Positions 1-7,933 of a stretch of 64,000 nt of DNA are shown one piece after another (the stretch's first letter is position 1; each line of letters begins with the position of its first letter). Under the pieces are notes generated by a model. The model worked only from the letters and a program-made list of their open reading frames with translations. It had not been told where the DNA came from and did not search any database. The position numbers were made by a program, and so were the translations under genes. The stretch is from the IMG/VR virus record IMGVR_UViG_3300046517_000355, positions 7,672 through 71,671 of that record. The stretch is one strand, 5' to 3'. Origin of the DNA: a virus.

Positions 1-561
1 CGTGGCAAAGGAACACGTCGTTCCTGTGGCGGACGTGAGATTGTCTGCCGTGAAGCCGGCAGGAGGATTGCCGCTTGTGAATGCCGCATTACTGTCGCAC
101 ACGGCTATCGCGATCACTAGCCGATTCGGACCTGATACTGTCGCGAAGTCTCGTGAAGGCGACGCAGTGGTTTGGGTTGTTGCACCATTTAGCGGCGGGG
201 AGGAGATCGTGTTGCTGTTGATGTGAGCGTCTTCCCACGGGTTACCTGTGTTCCTGCATCCACGGATGATGTACGACAGCGAGAACTGGTCAGTTCCCGC
301 CGCCGTGATCGTCGGCGCCGCGTCGTTCGTTGCCGTCGCACGTCGCCACCAGTAGGCGACATCAGGTGCATTCGAGTCACCGAGCTTGGTCCAGCCTGCG
401 GAGATCGACTGCGCGAGTGATGCTCCCGGCTGGTTCATCGACGCGATGATGATGATGTCATCGATCTGATGCGCAGGAACTGCCGGAACAGTGCTCGCCG
501 CGCCGGTAATATCCGTTGCTATCGTGCCGCCGTTTGAGATGAATGAAGGAGCAGTGGGCAT
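1..561 (-). CDS. Putative virion structural protein, beta-rich (runs off left end)
   Basis: Read manually: ATG at 561 abuts the upstream TAG; MPTAPSFISNGGTIATDITGAASTVPAVPAHQIDDIIII..., A/T/G-rich, open to the window edge; not in the ORF track. Confidence 0.65.
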   Translation of the reverse strand, partial: MPTAPSFISNGGTIATDITGAASTVPAVPAHQIDDIIIIASMNQPGASLAQSISAGWTKLGDSNAPDVAYWWRRATATNDAAPTITAAGTDQFSLSYIIRGCRNTGNPWEDAHINSNTISSPPLNGATTQTTASPSRDFATVSGPNRLVIAIAVCDSNAAFTSGNPPAGFTADNLTSATGTTCSFAT

Positions 562-936
562 CTAATTCTCAAGGTAATAGTAACCGCAGACAGTGCCCTT
601 GTATCGAGCACCGTTATACATGACTCCATCGAAGGCAAAGCAGTTCAAGCGCGTCGAGTAAAAGCCGTTGAACCTTGGAGGCTTTTTGTTCCTAGGAATA
701 GCGACGATCAGGACGTTGACTGGGTTCGACGTGTCTGCGGCAGGCGTGTAATACATCGCGGCATCTGTCGCGCTGTCTTGATCGAAGAAGTCGAAGGTCG
801 TTCCGTCAGGAACGCTCGATGCATAGAGGGCTTCTCCGTTGCTGACAGCGACGGCGAAGTCATAGTCGGTCATCTGCGCTAAAACGCCCGCTGTCGCGAG
901 CAGAAGCACGAGAAATAGAGGAATAATGCGTTTCAT
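562..936 (-). CDS. Secreted hypothetical protein
   Basis: Signal peptide MKRIIPLFLVLLLATAGVLA-Q; SD AAGGAG. Confidence 0.75.
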   Translation of the reverse strand: MKRIIPLFLVLLLATAGVLAQMTDYDFAVAVSNGEALYASSVPDGTTFDFFDQDSATDAAMYYTPAADTSNPVNVLIVAIPRNKKPPRFNGFYSTRLNCFAFDGVMYNGARYKGTVCGYYYLEN

Positions 937-956
937 AGTGTGTTGGTTCTCCTTGT

Positions 957-2705
957 CTAGTTTTGAAAGTCTTTAGCGTTTAACAAACCTTTGAATGCTG
1001 TCGGCGCGTATTCGTCGAACAGCTTGTCGGCATTGACGACATCTTCCGCAGTCATGCGCATGAGTTCGTCGATGATGATCTTGCGGTTAGCTCCAGGCTC
1101 TGCTTGTGCGTCTGCGGCGGCGACGGCGCCTGGGCTATTGCCTTGGATGCCGATCTTTGCGGCAGCCGCGCGAGGCTCAGGAACATCCGCCTTGTCTTTG
1201 CCTGCGGAGAGCTTCGCCATTTCGTCTGCGCTGATCGAGCCGTTGTCGTATTGAGTGCGCGCCGTCTCTGTCTCAAGAGCTTTGACCTGGGCGTCGCGAA
1301 GAAGCTCAGAAGCGCGAAGCTCAGAGAAGCGGAACTTCGCTTTTGCCTGAATGCCTTTCGCTTGCAAAGCGACATCGAAGTGATCTTCAAGGATCGATTC
1401 TGTGTAGTGCTGGATGCTCTTGATGCCTGCGGCGTATATCTCCCATTGGCGGTTCGCATTCGCTTCACTCACGCCGTCAGTCGTCGCCATGAGCAAAGGC
1501 ATCGTCTTCAGCGCTCGCGTCGCCATGCGTTCGAGCATCTTGAGCAGACCATCGACGACGCCGAGGCTCGATGCGTTCATCGTGCCTACTGGCTGGTTGA
1601 CAGTCACGACCTCAGTGTGGACGAAGGTGTCGTCAGGCTTCAGCTTGCAGTAAATATCCTGCACCTCAGCGACGATCTGATCTGCCATCGACTTGAGTGC
1701 CTTCATGTCTTTTTGCTGAGCCTGTGGCACCATGTTGCGAAGCTTGTCGATGTTGACAGCGATGTCCACACGCGGATATCCTTGCTGTCTGATCACTCGC
1801 CGAAGGTCTTGCAGTGTTGCGATCAAGAAGAAGCACACGAAGATCGCAGGACGTGCGAGAGGGCGTCCGCGGTTCGTTCTGAAGAAGCTGTGGATAGGAA
1901 CGTAGGCGACTGTCGGGATGTTGAGATCGACAAGCTGACCGAACTGCCGCTGGTATATCTTCCAGATCATGCCGCGTGTCGGATCGTTTATGCGATGCGA
2001 TTCGAGTGAGTCAGGATCGATCGGGCAGAGATCGACGAATTCTCTCCCTCGTTTGTCGAGCACGACTTCACTCGCCAGCCCGCCGCGCAGGAACGCGCTC
2101 ATGAAATACTTCACGAAGATCACCTCAGGCGCTTTGTAGAGGACCTTGAGGCGATTCATGCACTCCTGAAGGTAGTCCTGCCCTTGCGGTATCTGCTCGC
2201 CGTTCTCAGGATCCTTGACATCGACCGCATCGAGTTCCCAGCCTGGGCAACACATGATCAAGAAGTCAAAGAGCGCGCGAGACATCTCAGGCGACGCATT
2301 CGAGAGCATTTCGAGAAGCTTCGGCTGCCGCATGTTGCGGATCATGCGCTCGCTGTATTCGAAGATGTCGCGAGTGTCTTCGTCGGCACCGATCTGCATG
2401 AATTCTGTGATCTGAGTGTTCCAACGAATGTCAGCCTGGGACTCAACTGAGGCTCTGCCGCCAGATGCACCTGCGCGACCTACGTCATTGAGTGCCCGCG
2501 AGTCTTCTGTCTCGCTTTCGTAGCCATATTTCGGCTTTTTCTTCTTGAGATTGACCTTGCGGATGTCTTCTGCGCTGATCACAAAGCCGGCAAGCTCTTG
2601 TGCTGTAGGCATGCGTTCCTCAGTCAGATCGATGACTGTCATTTGAGATCGTAGGAGATCGCGGAGCGATAGGAAGGCATTTTTGATGCTTGAGCGAATT
2701 GACAT
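957..2705 (-). CDS. Portal protein
   Basis: 582 aa, helical; GRPLARPAIF and GYPRVDI segments typical of portals; in the late direction downstream of terminase. Confidence 0.8.
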   Translation of the reverse strand: MSIRSSIKNAFLSLRDLLRSQMTVIDLTEERMPTAQELAGFVISAEDIRKVNLKKKKPKYGYESETEDSRALNDVGRAGASGGRASVESQADIRWNTQITEFMQIGADEDTRDIFEYSERMIRNMRQPKLLEMLSNASPEMSRALFDFLIMCCPGWELDAVDVKDPENGEQIPQGQDYLQECMNRLKVLYKAPEVIFVKYFMSAFLRGGLASEVVLDKRGREFVDLCPIDPDSLESHRINDPTRGMIWKIYQRQFGQLVDLNIPTVAYVPIHSFFRTNRGRPLARPAIFVCFFLIATLQDLRRVIRQQGYPRVDIAVNIDKLRNMVPQAQQKDMKALKSMADQIVAEVQDIYCKLKPDDTFVHTEVVTVNQPVGTMNASSLGVVDGLLKMLERMATRALKTMPLLMATTDGVSEANANRQWEIYAAGIKSIQHYTESILEDHFDVALQAKGIQAKAKFRFSELRASELLRDAQVKALETETARTQYDNGSISADEMAKLSAGKDKADVPEPRAAAAKIGIQGNSPGAVAAADAQAEPGANRKIIIDELMRMTAEDVVNADKLFDEYAPTAFKGLLNAKDFQN

Positions 2706-2740
2706 GAAAAGAAGCCTCCGAACAAAAGGAATACGCTGAA

Positions 2741-2770
2741 AAGATAAGACGTTAGGCTACTTTGTGTCAA
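2741..2770 (-). promoter_or_regulatory. Putative leftward sigma70 promoter for portal
   Basis: TTGACA-N18-TATCTT on the minus strand, back-to-back with the rightward promoter at 2787. Confidence 0.5.
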
Positions 2771-2786
2771 ACAATGAGGAATTCTC

Positions 2787-2837
2787 TTGACATCATTTGC
2801 GGATCGTGTAAAATGCAGAGACGCACGCAAGTCGTGC
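2787..2837 (+). promoter_or_regulatory. Early-type promoter plus pentaloop hairpin (copy 1)
   Basis: TTGACA-tcatt-TGCGG, 16-bp spacer, TAAAAT; GCACG-CAAGT-CGTGC at 2823-2837. Confidence 0.8.
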
Positions 2838-2863
2838 CATGATCTGAAGAAAGGAGAAACACA

Positions 2864-3148
2864 ATGGGATCTTTAATTGGAGACGAAAAGCAGAAAGACT
2901 GCATTTGTGATCACGCTGTAGGAGCATGCACGAGGTTTTCGAAATGCGATATGATCGATTGCAAGTGTGCAAAACGCAACCGCGGAGAGAAGCACAGCGA
3001 CACCGCTCTGCGCTTCGCACTGAAGCAATGTCTGACGCTGGTCGCAGGCGTCGCGCTCATGACCGTCGCCGTGCTGATCTTCGTAGGATGCTTTCTGCTC
3101 AGCGAAAGCGAGGTCATCAAGATCAGAGAAGCGATCTTTGGAGGTTAA
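2864..3148 (+). CDS. Small Cys-rich membrane protein
   Basis: SD AAGGAG; CICDH...C...CKC then a hydrophobic helix. Confidence 0.7.
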   Translation: MGSLIGDEKQKDCICDHAVGACTRFSKCDMIDCKCAKRNRGEKHSDTALRFALKQCLTLVAGVALMTVAVLIFVGCFLLSESEVIKIREAIFGG

Positions 3149-3520
3149 ATGAAACAAATAGGAGAGAACACAGACTTCACCGTCGGCATTCTGCGCAAGC
3201 TATTTGCCAACAAGGTAGCAGTCGAGCGCATCGAGGAGGTGATCTTATTCGACACACAAGGAGATCCTCCGCACTATCGCGTCGCGAATTTTGACATCAT
3301 GCTTCCTGAAGCGGGACGTCCTCATTGGGAAGTGATCGCTTGGTACGGCGGCAATCAGACATTCGACAACCCAGAGGATCCTTCCGAGTGCGAGCTTGGA
3401 ACTTTTCGGACGTTTGAAGAGGCAGTCGCAAAGGTTTGGAGCACTATTGCCGCAGAGGAGCTTTCGAGCTTTTGGGAGAACATGATCGGCGATCTGATCG
3501 AGGAGCAACAAAATGTCTGA
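3149..3520 (+). CDS. Hypothetical protein
   Basis: SD GGAGG, abuts upstream stop, acidic. Confidence 0.7.
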   Translation: MKQIGENTDFTVGILRKLFANKVAVERIEEVILFDTQGDPPHYRVANFDIMLPEAGRPHWEVIAWYGGNQTFDNPEDPSECELGTFRTFEEAVAKVWSTIAAEELSSFWENMIGDLIEEQQNV

Positions 3521-3788
3521 CAGCATAGAAGCCGCGAGGGAGTTTTTAATGAGTCGAGCAGGATCGTTCCCTGAAGACCCACATCCGACTGTGATAGAAC
3601 TCGCCGCCTTCGCAGACCAGATATCCGAGCAGCGGGTAAAGGCTGAAAGGAAACGGCTGTACAAAGAGTTGGACAAACTAGGTAACCACTCGAATCATCG
3701 GGCAGATTTCGGATACAAAGTCGATTTATGGATGGAGACTGAATTTGCCGAGGAGATAGGAGGAACCGATGTATCAAAAGACGCATGA
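3513..3788 (+). CDS. Hypothetical protein
   Basis: SD GAGGAG, overlapping operon arrangement. Confidence 0.65.
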   Translation: MSDSIEAAREFLMSRAGSFPEDPHPTVIELAAFADQISEQRVKAERKRLYKELDKLGNHSNHRADFGYKVDLWMETEFAEEIGGTDVSKDA

Positions 3789-4188
3789 CTACATTCTCAC
3801 GTGGACGCCGAAAGGACAGCTTTGTGCGGCGATCTGCAAAGTGAAAATCTTTCACGAGAAGAAATACCTAGGAGTTGATCGATTCATCATCTTCGTCTCA
3901 GAGATGCCGAACAACCCAGGTATGAGCGTGACGAACGGCTTCGAACAGATCGCCATGGAGATCATCGAGCGCGACTTCTTAGAAATAGTGGCGCGCAACT
4001 TCGTCGGCACAAACTTTACTTGGGTTGAGCACTGGGCGAAGGATCCGAAGCTGAAGCTCGAAGAAACTTTCGACACTGTGACGCTGACATGGCGAGATCG
4101 TCGTCTGGCTCTGCCGCAGTGGAAGCGTGTAAGCTGGTACACACTGTCGCGTATATTAGAGATCGAAGGAGAATTCAAAGACACTTGA
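3769..4188 (+). CDS. Conserved-looking hypothetical protein (NPGMSVTN...WVEH motif)
   Basis: SD AGGAGG; motif recalled from uncharacterised phage/plasmid proteins. Confidence 0.65.
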   Translation: MYQKTHDYILTWTPKGQLCAAICKVKIFHEKKYLGVDRFIIFVSEMPNNPGMSVTNGFEQIAMEIIERDFLEIVARNFVGTNFTWVEHWAKDPKLKLEETFDTVTLTWRDRRLALPQWKRVSWYTLSRILEIEGEFKDT

Positions 4189-4240
4189 CACGATCTGCAA
4201 TCTGTGTATAATTCGAGCACGCAGTCACGAACTGCCACGA
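4185..4240 (+). promoter_or_regulatory. Early-type promoter plus pentaloop hairpin (copy 2)
   Basis: TTGACA-cgatc-TGCAA, 16-bp spacer, TATAAT; GCAGT-CACGA-ACTGC-CACGA at 4221-4240. Confidence 0.85.
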
Positions 4241-4264
4241 TTAACGACAAGGAGAATCAAAACA

Positions 4265-5602
4265 ATGAGTTTATCTGACGACGAATTTCGTGCCGCATTT
4301 GCCCGCGGAGCCAAGCGCGCTCGTGACGGTCGTGGTCCAGTTCCAGACGGAGCAAAGTTTCTCAGTGAATCCCTTCGCAATGGCGACAAGTTCGTCGAGC
4401 GCTTGGACAAGTCTAGTAAACGTGAGCTTGCAGATCACATGATCAACGAATGCGAGAAGCGTCCGTCACTGCTCGAAATGGCAGGAGCCAATGAATACAG
4501 ACTCGACCCGAACGACATGGGCTCTTTCCTACTCGGTCCGTCGATCAACTTGCTCAAGAGAAAGTCGCCTGAGGTATACGAGCTTTTCTTCAAGAAGATA
4601 TACAAACACGTTGATAAGTGGCACGACTGGCGGTGGCCGAGCTTCCTGCTCTCGTGCTATGCGGCGATGTTCATGGACGGCACCGCAGACCACACAGTCG
4701 ATGTGCGCGAGATGGCGATCTTTCTCGCTCAGTGGACGAAAGAGGACATGCCTATCTATTTCATCGAGCCTGATCTGCTCGAAGCGTGTCTTCAGACGAA
4801 CCCGCCGACAGACATCGACGTGTCTGATCTCAAGCTTCCGCACCCAGGCTTTATCATGATGTTGCCGAGGGGTAAGTTCAAAGAGGCGAACGAGGACATT
4901 CCCTACATCGCAGTCGCGCGATATGAGCCAGACTTCTTCAGACGTAAGCACTCGATCCATGGAACGACCATCGACGTTACCATCGAAGGAGACTTCGACA
5001 AACTTGATGAACCTGAGTTCACCGTCGCGACGACGCGAGAAGGCACCTTTCACACGACGACGATGCGCACCATCGCGAGCAAGATCCCTGAATTGCTGAA
5101 AGAAGATCACATCGACATCAAGTGGCGCACGACAGACACGGACGAGGTCATCGCTATCGCTAACCGCACGCGCATCCTGCACGTAGCGCTCAACTTGATA
5201 CTGGCTATGGAAGCCCGTCCAACGCTCATAGAGCGTGGAAGAAAGATCACTCAGCACAAGAGAGATCGTAAGCAGGAAATATGGCACCCGAACATCATCG
5301 GAAGCAAGTATCAGTTCAAGCATGTCACAGGCGGCGTCGAGAAAGGCAGTCACAGTTCGCCACGCTTTCACTGGCGCCGCGGACACTTCAGACGGCAAGG
5401 CATCGGTCCTCGGCTCAACAAATGCACCTGCGGTGATCTCTATGATCAGCACGTCAGACACGACGACGCGCCTGATGCATTCTGCAAAGTGACGGACTGC
5501 CGATGCACGAACTTCACACGAGCGGACAAGAAGTTCGACACATATCAAACGATCTGGATCGAGCCGATGATGGTCAACTTCGAGATCGAGAAAGCCACAT
5601 GA
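4265..5602 (+). CDS. Hypothetical protein with C-terminal SPRxHWRRGHxR...WIEP motif and inserted Cys/His Zn-type motif
   Basis: 445 aa, SD AAGGAG, own promoter. Confidence 0.8.
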   Translation: MSLSDDEFRAAFARGAKRARDGRGPVPDGAKFLSESLRNGDKFVERLDKSSKRELADHMINECEKRPSLLEMAGANEYRLDPNDMGSFLLGPSINLLKRKSPEVYELFFKKIYKHVDKWHDWRWPSFLLSCYAAMFMDGTADHTVDVREMAIFLAQWTKEDMPIYFIEPDLLEACLQTNPPTDIDVSDLKLPHPGFIMMLPRGKFKEANEDIPYIAVARYEPDFFRRKHSIHGTTIDVTIEGDFDKLDEPEFTVATTREGTFHTTTMRTIASKIPELLKEDHIDIKWRTTDTDEVIAIANRTRILHVALNLILAMEARPTLIERGRKITQHKRDRKQEIWHPNIIGSKYQFKHVTGGVEKGSHSSPRFHWRRGHFRRQGIGPRLNKCTCGDLYDQHVRHDDAPDAFCKVTDCRCTNFTRADKKFDTYQTIWIEPMMVNFEIEKAT

Positions 5603-5976
5603 GCCGCCCACAGAGGTGCGGAACGTGCGACTGCGATCATGAGACAGAGAGCTTCGAGACACGAGTGCCGAAGCTTCCAAAGCTGAGAGTGATCTGGTGC
5701 GGAGAATGCGTTCGAGTAAAAGGAGGAAGAGAGATGTCAAATCACAATAGCAAAAGCTCGCGAGATGCAAAGCTCGCATGGCTGTCAGATCACCGCGATC
5801 TCTGGGAGAAGCATCCGCCGCCAATGCCAGTCGGCAAAGAGCGATCTGCTTGGATGCAGAAATACGGCACGCAGATCGTCGCTCAGATGCAAGCGGCAGG
5901 ACTGATCAGCATCAAGACGAATGTTTACGATGTCAACGTGCCGCGCATGATATTCGAGATTAACGAACAAGGGTAG
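5599..5976 (+). CDS. Hypothetical protein (possible second in-frame start at 5734)
   Basis: ATGA overlap with upstream stop; CGTC...CGEC; internal AGGAGG before ATG 5734. Confidence 0.6.
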   Translation: MSRPQRCGTCDCDHETESFETRVPKLPKLRVIWCGECVRVKGGREMSNHNSKSSRDAKLAWLSDHRDLWEKHPPPMPVGKERSAWMQKYGTQIVAQMQAAGLISIKTNVYDVNVPRMIFEINEQG

Positions 5977-6023
5977 GAAGGTACGAGCGAGCAAGGGCAG
6001 TGATCTTAAATCTATCAATACGA

Positions 6024-6045
6024 AAGGAGAGTGAGGATGAAATAA
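6024..6045 (+). other. SD-led minigene ATG AAA TAA (Met-Lys-stop)
   Basis: AAGGAG 6024-6029, 7-nt spacer, ATG 6037, AAA, TAA. Confidence 0.5.
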
Positions 6046-6094
6046 ACTTTGAGAAAAAATAGGTTATAGTTTGCTTACCTATTAGGACGAAAGA

Positions 6095-6125
6095 AGAGGC
6101 TGATCAGCGCGATCAGCCTCTTTTT
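6095..6125. terminator. Intrinsic terminator between convergent operons, possibly bidirectional
   Basis: AGAGGCTGATC-agcgc-GATCAGCCTCT followed by a T run; AAGAA on the other side. Confidence 0.8.
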
Positions 6126-6148
6126 GCGTCATAGATCAAGCGGAGAGA

Positions 6149-6553
6149 TTAAACGCCGCCAGTCGTGTCATCGACAGGAAGCGTGCTGTCTGCGGCGCCA
6201 GTCGCCGGTTCAGTGACTTCCTGAAGATCAAAGCTCGTGACGTTCTCAGGTGCGGTGGTGATCGTACCTGTACCAACGACCGGAGCGACTTCATCGTCGC
6301 CTTTGAGCGGATCGCCATCAGCTTGCAGGGTGACCGTCGCCACGCTCGCGACAGTGTTGCCGTTATGTGTGACGCTGAGCGAAAGTTCATCGTTCGGATC
6401 CTGCGCGACTGAGTAGTCGGCAGACAGATCGCTTCCGTCGTCGAGCGCCGTCGCAGAGACAGAAGCCTTGGCGGTGCCGTGCTCGTAATCAGAACCTACC
6501 GGACCGACAGGCGTCGCCTTGAATTTTGTAGTTGCACCAAATGGTTTTCTCAT
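6149..6553 (-). CDS. Small Ig-like beta-sandwich protein, possibly virion-associated (frame open upstream to 6709)
   Basis: SD AAGGAG before ATG 6553; T/V/A/D-rich beta pattern. Confidence 0.6.
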   Translation of the reverse strand: MRKPFGATTKFKATPVGPVGSDYEHGTAKASVSATALDDGSDLSADYSVAQDPNDELSLSVTHNGNTVASVATVTLQADGDPLKGDDEVAPVVGTGTITTAPENVTSFDLQEVTEPATGAADSTLPVDDTTGGV

Positions 6554-6744
6554 TTCTAAATTTTCTCCTTTGATTGTTTGTCCGTCTATTTCAACGGCGA
6601 AAGCGAACCTCACACGCTGTCGGCGGTGACATCGAACTTCGTCGCCGTAGCCGATATATGCCAACCAGACGAGGAGGTCAAAAGCCTTGCGTGCGATGTG
6701 TCTATTCATGGATTTATAACACGCTGAGCGTGTCGCTCTTGATT

Positions 6745-7239
6745 CTATTCCACACGCAGACGCTTGTCAAAGCATCGATACATCAGCCCGCGCGCGATGT
6801 CTTCGAGGACCTTGGCACTGAGCTTTTGACTGTGGAGGCGCCGCATTGGTCGTCTCGATCTGAAGAGGAGACGGCTGTTCCAGACTCGAAACTCGATCAG
6901 TCCTGCGTAGTGCGGAAACGGATCGCCGCGCTTGAGCATGCCTTCAGGCGTGATAAAGGCATAGTAGTTAGGGCACCAGCGAAGCTCAGAGGGTTTGATC
7001 GTCTTCTCGTATGCAGAGCGAAGCACCTCATGCTTGTGCCTCTTTGATCCGGTCTTCGCTCGAAGCTCGCACATATAATCGGCACGACTCAGCTTGATCT
7101 CATAGTCGTAGGTGAAATGTGCGCGCGTGATCAAGAGCAGATCAGACTCAGCGGCGTGGACGTGAGAATTGCAGATCGCCAGGTATGGCGTCTTTTCACA
7201 GTAGAAATTATTCGCGACGATGCGCTCTGTGATCTTCAT
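6745..7239 (-). CDS. MmcB/DUF1052-like PD-(D/E)xK nuclease-fold protein
   Basis: ESDLL...YEIKLSRADY...PNYYAFITP...AGLI motifs. Confidence 0.7.
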   Translation of the reverse strand: MKITERIVANNFYCEKTPYLAICNSHVHAAESDLLLITRAHFTYDYEIKLSRADYMCELRAKTGSKRHKHEVLRSAYEKTIKPSELRWCPNYYAFITPEGMLKRGDPFPHYAGLIEFRVWNSRLLFRSRRPMRRLHSQKLSAKVLEDIARGLMYRCFDKRLRVE

Positions 7240-7405
7240 GTGTTGGTTCGACAGGAAAGATCGGTGCTCTGAATGCATCGCCACACTTCTCGGCGTGCTG
7301 TCTGTGCTCTTGGTTGACTGCATCGATGGCTGCCCAGACATCGCCGTCGCGAGTATCGACTATTCCAGAGAGACCGCATCTGCGGCAATTCCACTCAAGT
7401 TGCAT
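7208..7405 (-). CDS. Small Zn-binding hypothetical protein
   Basis: SD GAGGAGG; CRRC...H...C. Confidence 0.55.
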   Translation of the reverse strand: MQLEWNCRRCGLSGIVDTRDGDVWAAIDAVNQEHRQHAEKCGDAFRAPIFPVEPTHEDHRAHRRE

Positions 7406-7682
7406 CGCCGTTCCTCCTCGCATAGAGGACAGTGCCGTGAGGTAGATCATTCAGAGAATAAAGCTTCTCGATGATCGGACCATTCGAGTCTCCTTTCGTC
7501 GCGTCGATCATGCCTGCGGCGACAACATCTGCCTTCTCGAAGTCAAAGACTCGCGGCGTCACTGAGCACGTCTTGATCACATGCTGTGCGAAGGCTCTGA
7601 TCGCTTCGACTTCAGGCGTGCCTTCAGGATATCTCACACACAGATAGTCTTCGACAAAGCTCTCCCATGATGTTTGCTCCAT
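7395..7682 (-). CDS. Hypothetical protein
   Basis: SD GGAGG before MEQTSW. Confidence 0.6.
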   Translation of the reverse strand: MEQTSWESFVEDYLCVRYPEGTPEVEAIRAFAQHVIKTCSVTPRVFDFEKADVVAAGMIDATKGDSNGPIIEKLYSLNDLPHGTVLYARRNGDAT

Positions 7683-7687
7683 ATTCG

Positions 7688-7930
7688 TTATCCTCCGTAA
7701 GGTAGTGTTGCGGCGTCGTCTTTTGCCTCTTGTCCTGTCGTCTTGATCATCGGCTGGATCATGCACCAGTCGTTCCCTGTCGAGGCGTTCGGCGCGATGA
7801 TCGTCAGACCGCCTTGCGGCTTCCATCCGCCTTCTGCGAGCTTCGCCTTTACCTTCGAGACAAGATCAAGCGCCACTGCTTTGTAATCAGGGCCTTCAGA
7901 TACACATCCGTTATAGTCGGTTATTGTCAT
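7688..7930 (-). CDS. DUF1737-like protein
   Basis: V...LAEGGWKPQGG...QPMIK pattern. Confidence 0.65.
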   Translation of the reverse strand: MTITDYNGCVSEGPDYKAVALDLVSKVKAKLAEGGWKPQGGLTIIAPNASTGNDWCMIQPMIKTTGQEAKDDAATLPYGG

Positions 7931-7933
7931 TTT

